Shown here: piece by piece, positions 1 through 10,500 of the stretch
Layout of the letters: each line of letters starts with the position of its first letter
Position numbering within the stretch: position 1 is the first letter of the stretch
Assembly (NCBI GenBank): GCA_016286245.1
Contig: JAEESG010000003.1
Coordinates: forward strand, 1-62,787
Length of the DNA: 62,787 bases
Direction of reading: 5' to 3'
Source: Clostridiales bacterium
Lineage (GTDB): Bacteria; Bacillota; Clostridia; Oscillospirales; CAG-382
The notes under the pieces: generated by a model
What the model was told of the DNA's origin: nothing
The model's database searches: none
What the model saw: only the letters and a program-made list of their open reading frames with translations
Translations under genes and position numbers: made by a program

Positions 1-43
1 CAAGGTCCGACTGCTGTCCTTCCTTTTTTTCGACAGCCTATTC

Positions 44-72
44 AGTATATCACTTCTTCTCCGCTTTGTCAA
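44..72 (-). promoter_or_regulatory. sigma-A promoter P2 of a tandem pair (probable rRNA operon promoter)
   Basis: Minus strand TTGACA (72-67), 17 bp, TATACT (49-44), with extended -10 TG and an upstream A-tract; transcribes off the left edge. Confidence 0.75.
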
Positions 73-277
73 GTACTTTTTTTATCTTTTTCGGACTTTT
101 TTCAATCTTTTTTCAAGATCGCTTCCCGTCCTTTTACCTGACACGTTTCGGTCCGGCTTATCCGGCGTCCTTCCGCTTTCTTAATCAGCGTCTTTCCGCC
201 TTCTTTTTCCGGCCCCTTTTTTCGGCGCCTTTTTTCGGCGCCTCTGCGCCTACTCCTTTTTCCCGCGGAGCCCTTCT

Positions 278-306
278 ATATTATCACATCTACTCTCTCT
301 TGTCAA
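278..306 (-). promoter_or_regulatory. sigma-A promoter P1 of a tandem pair (probable rRNA operon promoter)
   Basis: Minus strand TTGACA (306-301), 17 bp, TAATAT (283-278), with TG; shares AAAAAGTACTTGACAA with P2. Confidence 0.7.
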
Positions 307-352
307 GTACTTTTTGATGATTTTTTGATTATTTTTCCAATTTTTTTGTTTA

Positions 353-1075
353 TTACCCGCTATTCAGCATTTTCTTTAATTTTTCCACTATTTTCTTCTC
401 GCTTCTCGATATTTTTACCTGATTTACGCCCATTATTTTCGCCGTATTTGCCTGCGTAAGCCCCTTATAGTATCTGAGAAACACGATTTTCCTTTCTTTT
501 TCTTCAAGTTTTTTCAACGCCTCCTTAAGCGCGATTTTTTCGGTTATATCGGAAATATTGTTATCAGCGAAAGTTTCCTCATACGAGAGTCCGTCCTCGT
601 CCCATATTTTTTCCTGCAGCGACACCGACGGAACACAGGCGTTTACGGCGTAAACGGCATCGTCCTCGCTTATTTTACATATTTCGCAAAGTTCAGACAT
701 ACGCGGTTCCCTGCCGTATTCGGAAAGAAATTTTTCCTTTGCCCTCATGAGAATTCCGTTGTTTCTTTTGGCCTCTCTGCTTACCTTTATAAGCCCGTCA
801 TCGCGCAGAAACCTTTTTATTTCGCCTATTATCAAAGGAAAAGCGTAGGTTGAAAATACCGTTTTGTATTCTTTTCTGTATCCCCTTACCGCCTTAAGAA
901 CGCCTAAGTTTCCTATCTGCACGAGGTCTTCCACATCCTGTCCTCTGCCCGCAAATCGTTGCGCGATGCTCTTTACGAGGGGAGCGTTCAGTTTCACGAG
1001 TTCTTCTTCAGCGTTTTTATCACCGTTTGCGTATCTTTCAAGCAGTTTTGAGTTTTCGTCGCTCTTTGTCATCAC
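353..1075 (-). CDS. sigF: forespore sigma factor SigF
   Basis: Sigma-70 regions 2-4 (DLVQIG, FSTYA..IIGEIKRFLRDDGLIKVSR, C-terminal HTH); third gene of the spoIIA operon. Confidence 0.93.
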   Translation of the reverse strand: MMTKSDENSKLLERYANGDKNAEEELVKLNAPLVKSIAQRFAGRGQDVEDLVQIGNLGVLKAVRGYRKEYKTVFSTYAFPLIIGEIKRFLRDDGLIKVSREAKRNNGILMRAKEKFLSEYGREPRMSELCEICKISEDDAVYAVNACVPSVSLQEKIWDEDGLSYEETFADNNISDITEKIALKEALKKLEEKERKIVFLRYYKGLTQANTAKIMGVNQVKISRSEKKIVEKLKKMLNSG

Positions 1076-1530
1076 TTATTTGCTTTTCCTATGTATTTTT
1101 TCAGTATAACAGTCGTACCGGCGCCTTTTTTGGATTTTACGGAAAGCTTGTCCGTGAAGCACTTCATTATGGAAAATCCCATTCCGCTTCTTTCCTCGCC
1201 GCCCTCGGTATACATCGGTTCCATTGCTTTTTCGACGTTTTCCATGCCGCAGCCGTTATCCTTTACGCTGATTTTCAAGCAGCCGTTTTCGGTGTATTCG
1301 CCTTTTATGACTATTTTTTTCTTTCTCTCGTCGGTTTCATATTTATACGCGTGCACAATGCAGTTTGTAACGGCTTCGGAAACTGCGGTTTTCACGTCGC
1401 ACAGTTCTTCGACCGTCGGGTCGAGCTGCGAGCAGAACGACGAAACGATGCCTCTTGAAAAGCCCTCGTTTACCGATTTTGCGGGAAACGTACAGGAAAA
1501 TGAATTCAATTTTTTGTTTTCTTTTTTCAT
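1072..1530 (-). CDS. spoIIAB: anti-sigma F factor, serine kinase
   Basis: QLDPTVEEL.DVKTAVSEAVTNCIVHAY, D.G.G and ERSGMGF motifs (HATPase_c). Confidence 0.96.
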   Translation of the reverse strand: MKKENKKLNSFSCTFPAKSVNEGFSRGIVSSFCSQLDPTVEELCDVKTAVSEAVTNCIVHAYKYETDERKKKIVIKGEYTENGCLKISVKDNGCGMENVEKAMEPMYTEGGEERSGMGFSIMKCFTDKLSVKSKKGAGTTVILKKYIGKANK

Positions 1531-1551
1531 GATCTCACCCCATCCTTTATT

Positions 1552-1872
1552 TTATGCGTCTTTTTGGTTTATTATTTTGATAAGCTTGTCCACGCCTGCC
1601 ATTTTAAGTATTCTTTCCGTCTCGCGCGTGGGATTTTTAATGAGCATTTCCGAGCCCGTTTCGGAAAGTTTTCTGTACCTTCCCAGAACAAGTCCGAGTC
1701 CCGAACTGTCCATAAAATCTATTCCCGAAAGCTCGAGTATCATCGTTTTCGGACGCGACGCGCCTATAATATCATCCAGCTCCTCGCGCACTCCCTTTAT
1801 GGAATGATGGTCTATTTCGCCGTCAAGTTTTACTATGAGATTTCCTTCGGAAAAATACGTTTTCATCTTCAT
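1552..1872 (-). CDS. spoIIAA: anti-sigma F factor antagonist
   Basis: STAS domain with GEIDHH and FMDSSGLGLVLGRY (phosphorylatable Ser). Confidence 0.96.
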   Translation of the reverse strand: MKMKTYFSEGNLIVKLDGEIDHHSIKGVREELDDIIGASRPKTMILELSGIDFMDSSGLGLVLGRYRKLSETGSEMLIKNPTRETERILKMAGVDKLIKIINQKDA

Positions 1873-1940
1873 TTCATCATATCCTTTCTTATTTAATTAT
1901 AATATCCTCAACACGCAAAATTTGTCGCAATACGGCGTCT

Positions 1941-2963
1941 TTATCCGTTTTCGCGCTTTATTGCAAAGCACAGCGCCGCGCAGACAACCGCGCTTATTAT
2001 TTGCGCGTATCCGAAAATTGCGCTTTGTGAAAAAAGCAAAAGCAAAGCCGACAGGGAAACAAAAACAGCCGTCGTTTTCTTATCGTTATATTTTTCTTTT
2101 TTTATTTCTTTTATTGCGAAAAGCGCGGCGCACGCAGACACGCAAATCTTTATTATACATGCGAAAGCGCTTACAATCACGCATATTTCCGGCAAATCGA
2201 AAAGCGGAATCATTCTTATTGCAGTAAAATTCGGGTTTTGTGCGTCGTCTGACAGCTTATCCCCGAACAAAAGCAGATTTTTAAGCACGTTTATTCCGCT
2301 TACGGCGATAAATGCGAAAACGCCTGCCGGGATTGCTTTTTTCAGCGTTTGCCTGCGCTCTTTGCTTTCGTTTTTGCTCAGCACGAACGCAAGCACCGCA
2401 AGGTCTGCGTTAAGGTACAGTATGTCTTTTATTATGCCCGAAAATCTCGTTTTTTCGAGTAAAGAAAGCGGAGATGAAACCGAAAGTGCGTTTTCGGCGG
2501 TGAAAAACGCGAAAAGACCGAAAAAAGTCCATGCGGCAAACAGCGCCGACGAAAGTATGCAGAAAGACGTTACCGCGTTTTTCCCTCGCCGTGCGAGATG
2601 CGCTCCGCAAAGCAGCGCAGCGCCCGCCGAAAACGCCATGCACCACGTTTGCGAATAATAGTCGTCAAACAGCCTTATCGAATAAGCGAAAAAGCAAACG
2701 TCGGACGCGGTATACAGAGCGCAGAATGCGAACAGCAATACCGGAAAAATTTTCTTGATTTTGTTTCCGTTTTCAAAATCCGACGTAAAAAATACAGATA
2801 CCGCAAAAGCAAAAACCGCGGCGCAGGCGGACACGAAAAAATAAGTAAGAAGCGCGTTTGCGTTATAGTCGGGATATTTTCCGACTACGCCCGAATACGT
2901 ATACACAAACACCGCAAGCGCATAATACAGGAACAGATTGACGTTTTTTATTCTCTTTATCAC
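1941..2963 (-). CDS. spore germination protein, GerAB/KB-type membrane subunit
   Basis: Polytopic membrane protein, third gene after GerA and GerC-like genes; start uncertain (GTG at 2963 chosen, ORF open to 3038). Confidence 0.6.
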   Translation of the reverse strand: MIKRIKNVNLFLYYALAVFVYTYSGVVGKYPDYNANALLTYFFVSACAAVFAFAVSVFFTSDFENGNKIKKIFPVLLFAFCALYTASDVCFFAYSIRLFDDYYSQTWCMAFSAGAALLCGAHLARRGKNAVTSFCILSSALFAAWTFFGLFAFFTAENALSVSSPLSLLEKTRFSGIIKDILYLNADLAVLAFVLSKNESKERRQTLKKAIPAGVFAFIAVSGINVLKNLLLFGDKLSDDAQNPNFTAIRMIPLFDLPEICVIVSAFACIIKICVSACAALFAIKEIKKEKYNDKKTTAVFVSLSALLLLFSQSAIFGYAQIISAVVCAALCFAIKRENG

Positions 2964-2967
2964 GTTT

Positions 2968-3585
2968 TTATTTTTCTTTCCTTTTAACTTTAATTTTTCC
3001 GTCGGAAAAATACACTTCTTTAATATCAACCTTCTCATTTTGAGCCGACGCTGACAAAAAATATACGATATTTACGGTTTCGCCGACCTCGGCGTACGAC
3101 TTTTCGAATTTCTGGGAATCGAATTCCTTTGCGCACCGTTCGAAAAAGGCGCTCGGGTTTTCGCAAAGCACGGCTCCTCTTTTGAGCGGCAGTTTATTTG
3201 AATTTACAAGATACTTTGCAAAATCGTACAGATTTTCACCGTCAAAATCAGGTGAAAAAGCGTAAAAATTTGCGGAATTGATATAAACGTCGCTGTGTTT
3301 TTCATAAAACTCATCAAACGCTTCATTTACGTCTTTTCCGAATACTTCCTCATATTCGAGTTTTATTGTTCTCTTATCCTTTACGCTTTCGTTTTCAGAC
3401 GCGCCGCCGTTATCGTTTCCGTCCGGTGCGGATTTCAAAAATCCGACCGCAACGCCGCTTTTCGCGTTTTCAAGCGATATTGCGTATACGAACGCAACGT
3501 CCCTCTTTTCCCCGTAATACGAGCAGGAATGAAGAAAAAGCGAAAATATTACCGTAAATGCCGCGCAAAAACAACGTTTTTTCAA
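2968..3585 (-). CDS. short Ger(x)C-like germination lipoprotein
   Basis: Lipobox LFLHSC followed by E.RDVAFVYAISLE, like GerC N-termini; overlaps the GerA stop; only 205 aa. Confidence 0.55.
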   Translation of the reverse strand: MKKRCFCAAFTVIFSLFLHSCSYYGEKRDVAFVYAISLENAKSGVAVGFLKSAPDGNDNGGASENESVKDKRTIKLEYEEVFGKDVNEAFDEFYEKHSDVYINSANFYAFSPDFDGENLYDFAKYLVNSNKLPLKRGAVLCENPSAFFERCAKEFDSQKFEKSYAEVGETVNIVYFLSASAQNEKVDIKEVYFSDGKIKVKRKEK

Positions 3586-5000
3586 TATTTCAGTTCCTTA
3601 TCCGAGTTTTTTATCGCTTTTTTCGGCAAAACGAAAAGCGAGTCGTATATTCCGTCTTTGCTTACCGGCGAAAAAGGAAGCATATACGGCACTCCGAAGG
3701 ACGTTTTGCATGAAAGGACCGTGAGAATCACCGCAAGGGACGCCGCAATGCCAAGCGCTCCGAAAAGGTACGCCGCCGCCGTGTTCAAAAGCCGTATCAA
3801 AAGCGTGCTGTTCATATAAGTGGGCAGTATAAACGTGCATATTGCGGTAAGCGACGCAACCATTATTATGGGAGGGCTTGAAATTCCCGCCGCTATCGCG
3901 GCGTCTCCGAGAATAAGACCTCCGACTATGCTAACCGCATCCCCGACCGCGCCAGGCATCCTTATTCCGACCTCTCTTATGAGTTCGAATATGAGAAGTA
4001 TCACTATCAGTTCCCCGAATATTCCGAACGGCACGTCGGCTCTCGATTCCGTCATTTTCATATAGAGTTTTGCCGGCACGGCGTTTTTATGGTGCTCCAT
4101 GACGGCGACGTAAAACGCGGGCAGATAAAGCGACAAAATGAGGCTTATAAATCTGAGAATTCTTATAAAAGTCGCGTAATACGGCGTTTTGAGGTAGTCC
4201 TCCGCCGACTGCAGGCTCTCGGCAAACAGATACGGCACGGTCAGCACAACGGGGCTTGCGTCGGAAATAACCGCTATTCTCCCTTCCGTAATTTTGGACG
4301 CGACCTTATCGGGCTTTTCGCTGTTGCCGATTTCGGTAAAAAGTTTACTTTTCCCGCCGGCAAGGTACTGTTCGATATACCCGGAGTCCATTACAGACGG
4401 AATATCCATTTGTTCGATTCTGCTCTTTACGTCGCGTACGAGTCTTTCATCGGCTACGCCTTTGAGATACATGATTTTTATATTCGTATCCGTATATTTT
4501 CCTGCGTTTACGGTAATAACCTTCAGGTTTTCGCTTTTTATGCGCTTTCTTATAAGCGCGACGTTATCCTCCGACTTTTCGATAAAGCCCTCTCGCGGGC
4601 CTCTTATTACGACCTCGCTTTCGGGCTCGTTTACGCTTCTCGAGGGTTCGTTTCTTGCCATAAACGAATAGGCGGAAACGCCATCTGTCGTTTGCGCAAA
4701 AACGACGGCGCCGCCCGAGAGAAGCTGCTTTTTTATATCATTTACGCTTGAAAGTTCCTTTGCCTCCGCGGCGCTTACTATCCCGAGAAAATCCTCGTTT
4801 TTTTCTATTGTTCCCTTATTCATCACAAGCGGTTTTATTATATTTTCGGAAATATAGTCTCTTCCCGTAAAGTTTCCGAAATTTACGACGTACACCGTTT
4901 TTCCGCCCGAAAAAACGGTTCTTATATTTAAATCGCCGCAGTTTTCAAAGATATTTTCGATTTGTGCCTTCACTTCTTCGGCGTTTATATTTTTTATCAT
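3582..5000 (-). CDS. spore germination protein GerA/KA family
   Basis: EPESEVVIRGPREGFIE, SEKPDKVA, ELIREVGIRMP and SIVGGLILGDAAI motifs; start placed at MIKNIN (5000), downstream of a terminator/promoter. Confidence 0.93.
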   Translation of the reverse strand: MIKNINAEEVKAQIENIFENCGDLNIRTVFSGGKTVYVVNFGNFTGRDYISENIIKPLVMNKGTIEKNEDFLGIVSAAEAKELSSVNDIKKQLLSGGAVVFAQTTDGVSAYSFMARNEPSRSVNEPESEVVIRGPREGFIEKSEDNVALIRKRIKSENLKVITVNAGKYTDTNIKIMYLKGVADERLVRDVKSRIEQMDIPSVMDSGYIEQYLAGGKSKLFTEIGNSEKPDKVASKITEGRIAVISDASPVVLTVPYLFAESLQSAEDYLKTPYYATFIRILRFISLILSLYLPAFYVAVMEHHKNAVPAKLYMKMTESRADVPFGIFGELIVILLIFELIREVGIRMPGAVGDAVSIVGGLILGDAAIAAGISSPPIIMVASLTAICTFILPTYMNSTLLIRLLNTAAAYLFGALGIAASLAVILTVLSCKTSFGVPYMLPFSPVSKDGIYDSLFVLPKKAIKNSDKELKY

Positions 5001-5027
5001 TTTTTCACCGCTTTTTACGTTTTTAAC

Positions 5028-5057
5028 TATTTTTTCCTCAAAATAAAAAAAATATGC
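5028..5057 (-). promoter_or_regulatory. putative SigF/SigG-type promoter of the ger operon
   Basis: Minus strand GCATA-N15-GGAAAAAATA fits the B. subtilis SigF consensus GYATA-N15-GGnnAnAHTR; overlaps hairpin 5050-5077. Confidence 0.55.
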
Positions 5058-5095
5058 GGAAAAATTCCGCATATTTCCTTTATTTATTATTTTTT

Positions 5096-7450
5096 TCAAT
5101 CTATGCTCATAATGAGCTTCAGCACCCTTTTGACCGATTCGTTCATCGCTTCTCTGTCAAGCTTTCCGTCTTTTAACGCCTGCAGCGTGAGTTCGGGCGA
5201 GCCGTTGCCCATTTTTAAGTCGTTTCCGGCGTTGATTTCCTCCCACTGAGGAGCGTGAGTCCACCAGTCCGACGTTACAAGCCCTTCAAAGCCCCACTCT
5301 TTTCTGAGAATGTCGGTAAGCAGCTCTCTGCACGTGCTTGCGCGCGTGCCGTTTATTATGTTATACGAGCTCATCACGGTTTTCGGGTGCGCTTCCTTTA
5401 CGCATATTTCAAACGCTTTGAGATATATTTCTCTCATCGCCCTCTCGCTTAGCCTCGAATCGGAGTCCTTTCTGTTGGTCTCCTTATTGTTGCACGCAAA
5501 GTGTTTTACGGAGCACGCAATTCCGTTTTCCTGAATTCCGCAGATAACGGCGGACGCCATTTTTCCCGTAAGGAACGGGTCTTCGGAATAATATTCGAAG
5601 TTTCTGCCGCAAAGAGGCGTTCTGTGTATGTTTATTGCGGGCGTAAGCCATATACCCATGCCGTTTTCGTAAACCTCTTGTCCGCCGGCAAACGCAGCTT
5701 CCCTTGCAAGAGAAGTGTTCCACATGCAAGCCATGAGAGTTGCGCACGGGAACGCCGTCGTATTCACGCCCTTATATTGCGGCACGCGCAGTCCCGCAGG
5801 TCCGTCCGCCGTCATGATATTCGGGATTCCGTAATATTCGAGATTTCCCACTCCGAACGTCTCCGCAACGCCGCGGTTGGGCTGTCCGCAAAGAAGATGT
5901 ATTTTCTGCTCGTCATCCAGCACTCCCAAAAACTCGTCAAGGCTCATTTTGCCCTTGAATACCCGAAGCAGCGTCGGATGTCCGTCTTCTCCCCACGCTC
6001 TCCACGGCATATACCATTTTGACGATTCTTCCGGATTTCCGTATTCGAGCGGCAGCAGGCTTTCGTCGTAAACGGGTTTGGGATACGAGTCGTCCGCTTT
6101 TACTGTAATATAACTTCCGTCTGACAGCATCCTTTTATGCAGTCCGTGCGGAGCGCATTTTTCGGACAACCGGTATAAAACCGTATCTTCCTTTATTTCG
6201 TACTCGAAAGACGCCCTGCAGTCCCTTACGTCAAAGCCTGCTTTGAGCGTATATTTTCCCGCTTCAAGCACGTACGCCGATTTACACACCTTTCCGGTAT
6301 CGTCGTACGACGAATAAAAATACGGATTTATTTCGATTTTTACGGTTTCAGACCTTCCGGGCTCAAGAACTTCCGTCTTGCAAAAGCCGACGAGCACTTT
6401 TTTCGGTTTTCCGAGCTTTCCCTGCGGCGCTTCGCAATATACCTGCAAAACCTGTTTTCCCGCGCGTTTTCCTATGTTTTTAATATCGCACGAAAACTCG
6501 ATTTTTTCGTCTTTCTTTTCAAATTTTGCGTTTTCGACCTCGAAAGCGGTATACGAAAGTCCGAATCCGAACGGATAAGCGACCTTCTCCGACGCGCCGG
6601 GCACCGTTTCGAAATATCTGTATCCGACGTATATATCCTCGGTATATTCGACGTAGTCCTCCGATTCAAAGAAGTTTTCAGAACTCGGATAAGCGTCAAA
6701 ATTCACGGCAAACGTATCGGCAAGTCTTCCCGACGGGCACACGTCGCCGACAAGCACGTCGGCTGTCGCAAGTCCGCCCTCCATGCCGCCCTGCCATGCG
6801 AGCAGCGCCGCTTTTACGCGCGCGTCGTTCCGAAACCAGAGCGTATCGGTAACGCCCCCTGTATTGAGGACGGCGATTACGTTTTTGAAATTATTCTTTA
6901 CCGCTTCGACCATTGCCGTCTCCTCGCGGCTCAGATAAAAATCGCCGTCGAAGGCCTCTCCCGTGCGGTCCTTTTCCTCGCCCGAAAAGCGGCAGATCGT
7001 AATTATCGCCGTATCGCAGAAATTTTTGGCGTCATCAAGCAGATTTTGGGGCAGCTGCGGCTCCTTTACAAAGCCCACGCCAACGCCTTTCTGATATTCG
7101 CCCTTCACGTATTCGCGGTAATAATCGGAAACAGGCTTGAAAATCTCGATTTTGCCCTCTTTTTCCTTTATTTCGAGTCCCTCGATAATCGAGCGCACGT
7201 ATGCGGTCGTGGTATCTCCGCTTCCGCCGCCGCCTTTTACGTAATCGGCCTGCGCTTTACCGAAAACGGCGATTTTTCTTCCGTTTTCAAGCGGAAGCGT
7301 GTTTTGCTCGTTTTTGAGAAGCACCATTCCCTCCGACGCCGCTCTTCTTGAAAGGTTTATATGTTGTTCGGAGCCGGTTATGCGCTCCCTTTGGTTATAA
7401 AGTCCCGTGCCCGGCATATACCGCACGCGCGCCCATTTTTCCTTTTGCAT
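5096..7450 (-). CDS. GH3 beta-glucosidase with inverted domain order
   Basis: N-terminal GH3_C (AASEGMVLLKNE, LLAWQGGMEGG, YPFGFGLSYT) and Fn3-like domain; C-terminal barrel (GRNFEYYSEDP, KHF, VTSDW nucleophile); start at MQKEK after AGGAG. Confidence 0.93.
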   Translation of the reverse strand: MQKEKWARVRYMPGTGLYNQRERITGSEQHINLSRRAASEGMVLLKNEQNTLPLENGRKIAVFGKAQADYVKGGGGSGDTTTAYVRSIIEGLEIKEKEGKIEIFKPVSDYYREYVKGEYQKGVGVGFVKEPQLPQNLLDDAKNFCDTAIITICRFSGEEKDRTGEAFDGDFYLSREETAMVEAVKNNFKNVIAVLNTGGVTDTLWFRNDARVKAALLAWQGGMEGGLATADVLVGDVCPSGRLADTFAVNFDAYPSSENFFESEDYVEYTEDIYVGYRYFETVPGASEKVAYPFGFGLSYTAFEVENAKFEKKDEKIEFSCDIKNIGKRAGKQVLQVYCEAPQGKLGKPKKVLVGFCKTEVLEPGRSETVKIEINPYFYSSYDDTGKVCKSAYVLEAGKYTLKAGFDVRDCRASFEYEIKEDTVLYRLSEKCAPHGLHKRMLSDGSYITVKADDSYPKPVYDESLLPLEYGNPEESSKWYMPWRAWGEDGHPTLLRVFKGKMSLDEFLGVLDDEQKIHLLCGQPNRGVAETFGVGNLEYYGIPNIMTADGPAGLRVPQYKGVNTTAFPCATLMACMWNTSLAREAAFAGGQEVYENGMGIWLTPAINIHRTPLCGRNFEYYSEDPFLTGKMASAVICGIQENGIACSVKHFACNNKETNRKDSDSRLSERAMREIYLKAFEICVKEAHPKTVMSSYNIINGTRASTCRELLTDILRKEWGFEGLVTSDWWTHAPQWEEINAGNDLKMGNGSPELTLQALKDGKLDREAMNESVKRVLKLIMSID

Positions 7451-7525
7451 GATTTTTCTCCTATGTGCCGATATATTCAAAGCGGGATACGGAATTAATT
7501 CCGCATCCCGCTTTCTCTTTATTTA

Positions 7526-10500
7526 TCAGTTATAAAGATTACTGAGTTTAACAAGTCTTTCGTACTTTGCCTTCGCCGCGGCGTCCGCTTTCGCAAACAG
7601 AACCTGTGCTCTTTCGGGGAACTGCTGAGCAAGTCTGCTGTAACGCGTTTCGCTCGTGATGAATTCGATATAATCAGCGGTAGGTTCTTTCGAATCTATC
7701 GTAAGCGGATTCTTGCCCTCCGCCTTGAGTGCGGGATTATATCTGAACGTCTGCCAGTAGCCCGCTTCAACGGCGCGCTTCATTTCGCTCTGGCAGTTGG
7801 TCATACCGCCCTTTACGCCGTGCATTTCACAAGGTGCGTATCCTATTACTATCGACGGTCCGTGATATGCTTCCGCTTCGCAAAGCGCCTTTATCGTCTG
7901 ATTCATATCGGCGCCCATTGCTACCTGCGCTACGTACACGTATCCGTAAGACATTGCGATTTCGGCGAGGTTCTTCTTGCCTATCGCTTTACCTGCGGCA
8001 GCAAACTGTGCAACCTGTCCGATGTTCGACGCCTTGGACGCCTGTCCGCCCGTATTCGAATATACTTCCGTATCGAATACCATGATATTTACGTCTTCGC
8101 CCGACGCGATTACGTGGTCAAGACCGCCGAAGCCTATATCGTATGCCCAGCCGTCGCCGCCGAATATCCATACCGACTTCTTGCTGAGATATTCTTTTTC
8201 GGCAAGTATCTTCTTTCCGTCTTCACATCCGCATTTTTCGAGCATTGCAACGAGTTTATCGGTTGCTTCGCCGTTCTTGCTTCCGTCGTCAACGGTTGAA
8301 AGATATTCGTCGATTACAGCCTTCTTTTCCGCGTCTTCGACCTTTTCGCCGAGTTCCTTTACGTAGTTTATAAGCTTTTCTCTTATCGTCTTCTGACCGA
8401 GATAAATACCGAGACCGTGTTCCGCGTTGTCTTCAAACAGCGAGTTTGCCCAAGCCGGACCCTTGCCGCTTTCGCGGTTTACCGTATAAGGCGTGGAGGG
8501 TGCCGAGCCGCCCCAGATGGACGAGCATCCCGTTGCGTTGGAGATATACATTCTTTCGCCGAACAGCTGTGTTACGAGTCTTGCGTAAGACGTTTCCGCG
8601 CAGCCTGCGCACGAGCCTGAGAATTCAAGCAGCGGCTGGTTGAACTGGCTTCCCTTTACGGAATTCGGCGCAAACGGAGTTTCCTTCTTTGTTACGTTTG
8701 CAACGGCATAATCGAATACCGCCTGCTGTTCGCTCTGCGATTCCTGAGGAACCATCTTGAGCGCTCTCTTTTCGGGTTTTGTCGGGCATACGCCTACGCA
8801 TACGCCGCAGCCCATACAGTCGAGCGGAGATATTGCCATTGTGAATTTATAGTTTTCGCAGCCTTTTCCTATCATCTTTGCCGCAAATTTTGTAGCCGCC
8901 GGCGCTTTTGCCGCTTCTTCCTCGCTCATTGCGAACGGTCTTATCGTTGCGTGCGGGCAAACGTATGCGCACTGGTTACACTGGATACAGTTTTCTGCGT
9001 TCCATTCGGGAACGTCAACCGCAACGCCTCTCTTTTCGTATGCTGCCGCGCCCTGCGGGAACGAACCGTCCGCCATATCTTCAAACGTCGATACGGGAAG
9101 CGAGTCGCCCTGCATTGCCGCTACGGGAAGCACGATATCTTTTACGAATTTTACAAGCTCGGGGCGTGTTCCCGTGATTTCTTTCTTTTCTTCTTTTACT
9201 TCGAGGTTTGCCCACGAAGAAGGTACTTCTATCTTCACAAGCGCTTCAACGCCTGCGTCGATTGCCTTATAGTTCATTTCAACTACGGCTTCGCCCTTCT
9301 TGAGATACGACTTCTTTGCCATATACTTCATATACTCTACCGCTTCGGCGATGGGCATGATATTTGCAAGTGCGAAGAACGCCGACTGAAGTATCGTGTT
9401 GGTTCTCTTGCCCATTCCTATTTCGCGAGCCTTATCTATTGCGTTTACGGTATAGAATTCTATATTGTTTTCGGCAATATATTTCTTTACTCTTGCCGGA
9501 AGATGCTTTTCAAGCTCTTCGGGAGTCCACTGGCAGTTAAGAAGGAATTTTCCGCCCGGCTTTACGTCGTTTACTATCTTATAATCCTTAAGTATATATG
9601 AAGGATTGTGGCATGCGACGAAGTCCGCCTTTGTGATATAATACGACGACTTGATGGGCTTATCGCCGAATCTCAAGTGAGAAATGGTAACGCCGCCCGT
9701 CTTCTTTGAGTCGTACTGGAAATATGCCTGTATGAATTTATCGGTATGGTCGCCGATAATCTTTATGGAGTTCTTGTTTGCGCCGACAGTACCGTCTCCG
9801 CCGAGTCCCCAGAACTTACAGCTTATCGTTCCTGCGGGAACCGTGTCGGGAGCCGGCTTTTCCTCGAGCGAATGATGCGTTACGTCGTCGTTTATGCCGA
9901 TCGTAAAGCCGTTCTTGGGCTTGTCCGCACTCAGATTTTCAAATACCGCGAACATCGACGCGGGAGTCGTATCCTTCGAACCGAGTCCGTAACGTCCGCC
10001 GACAATATCAACGTCCTTTACGCCCATAACGTTAAGAGCCGTTACAACGTCGAGATAAAGAGGTTCGCCGAGCGAGCCGGGCTCTTTAGTTCTGTCGAGA
10101 ACGGCTATTTTCTTTACCGTCTTGGGAAGAACCGCAACGAGTTTTTCCGGCACGAAAGGTCTGTAAAGTCTTACTTTGATAAGTCCTACTTTTTCGCCCT
10201 TGGACATGAGGTAATCTATAACTTCCTCCGCAACGTCGCATACCGAGCCCATAGCTACGATCACTCTGTCTGCGTCGGGTGCGCCGTAATAGTTGAACAG
10301 TTTATAATCCGTTCCTATTTTAGCGTTTACCTTATCCATATATTCTTCAACGATTGCGGGAAGCGCTTCGTAATACTTATTGCACGCTTCTCTGTGCTGG
10401 AAGAATATATCGCCGTTTTCCGCGGAGCCCTTGAGTTTCGGGTTTGCGGGATTGAGCGCCCTTGCGCGGAATTTTGCAACGGCGTCTTCATCTATCATGG

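Noticed and set aside
66-317. 83-aa Phe-rich ORF
   Set aside because: Low-complexity translation of the antisense promoter/leader region
1921-1930. Spo0A box upstream of spoIIAA (TGTCGCA)
   Set aside because: A single 7-mer with one mismatch; plausible by context but not supportable alone
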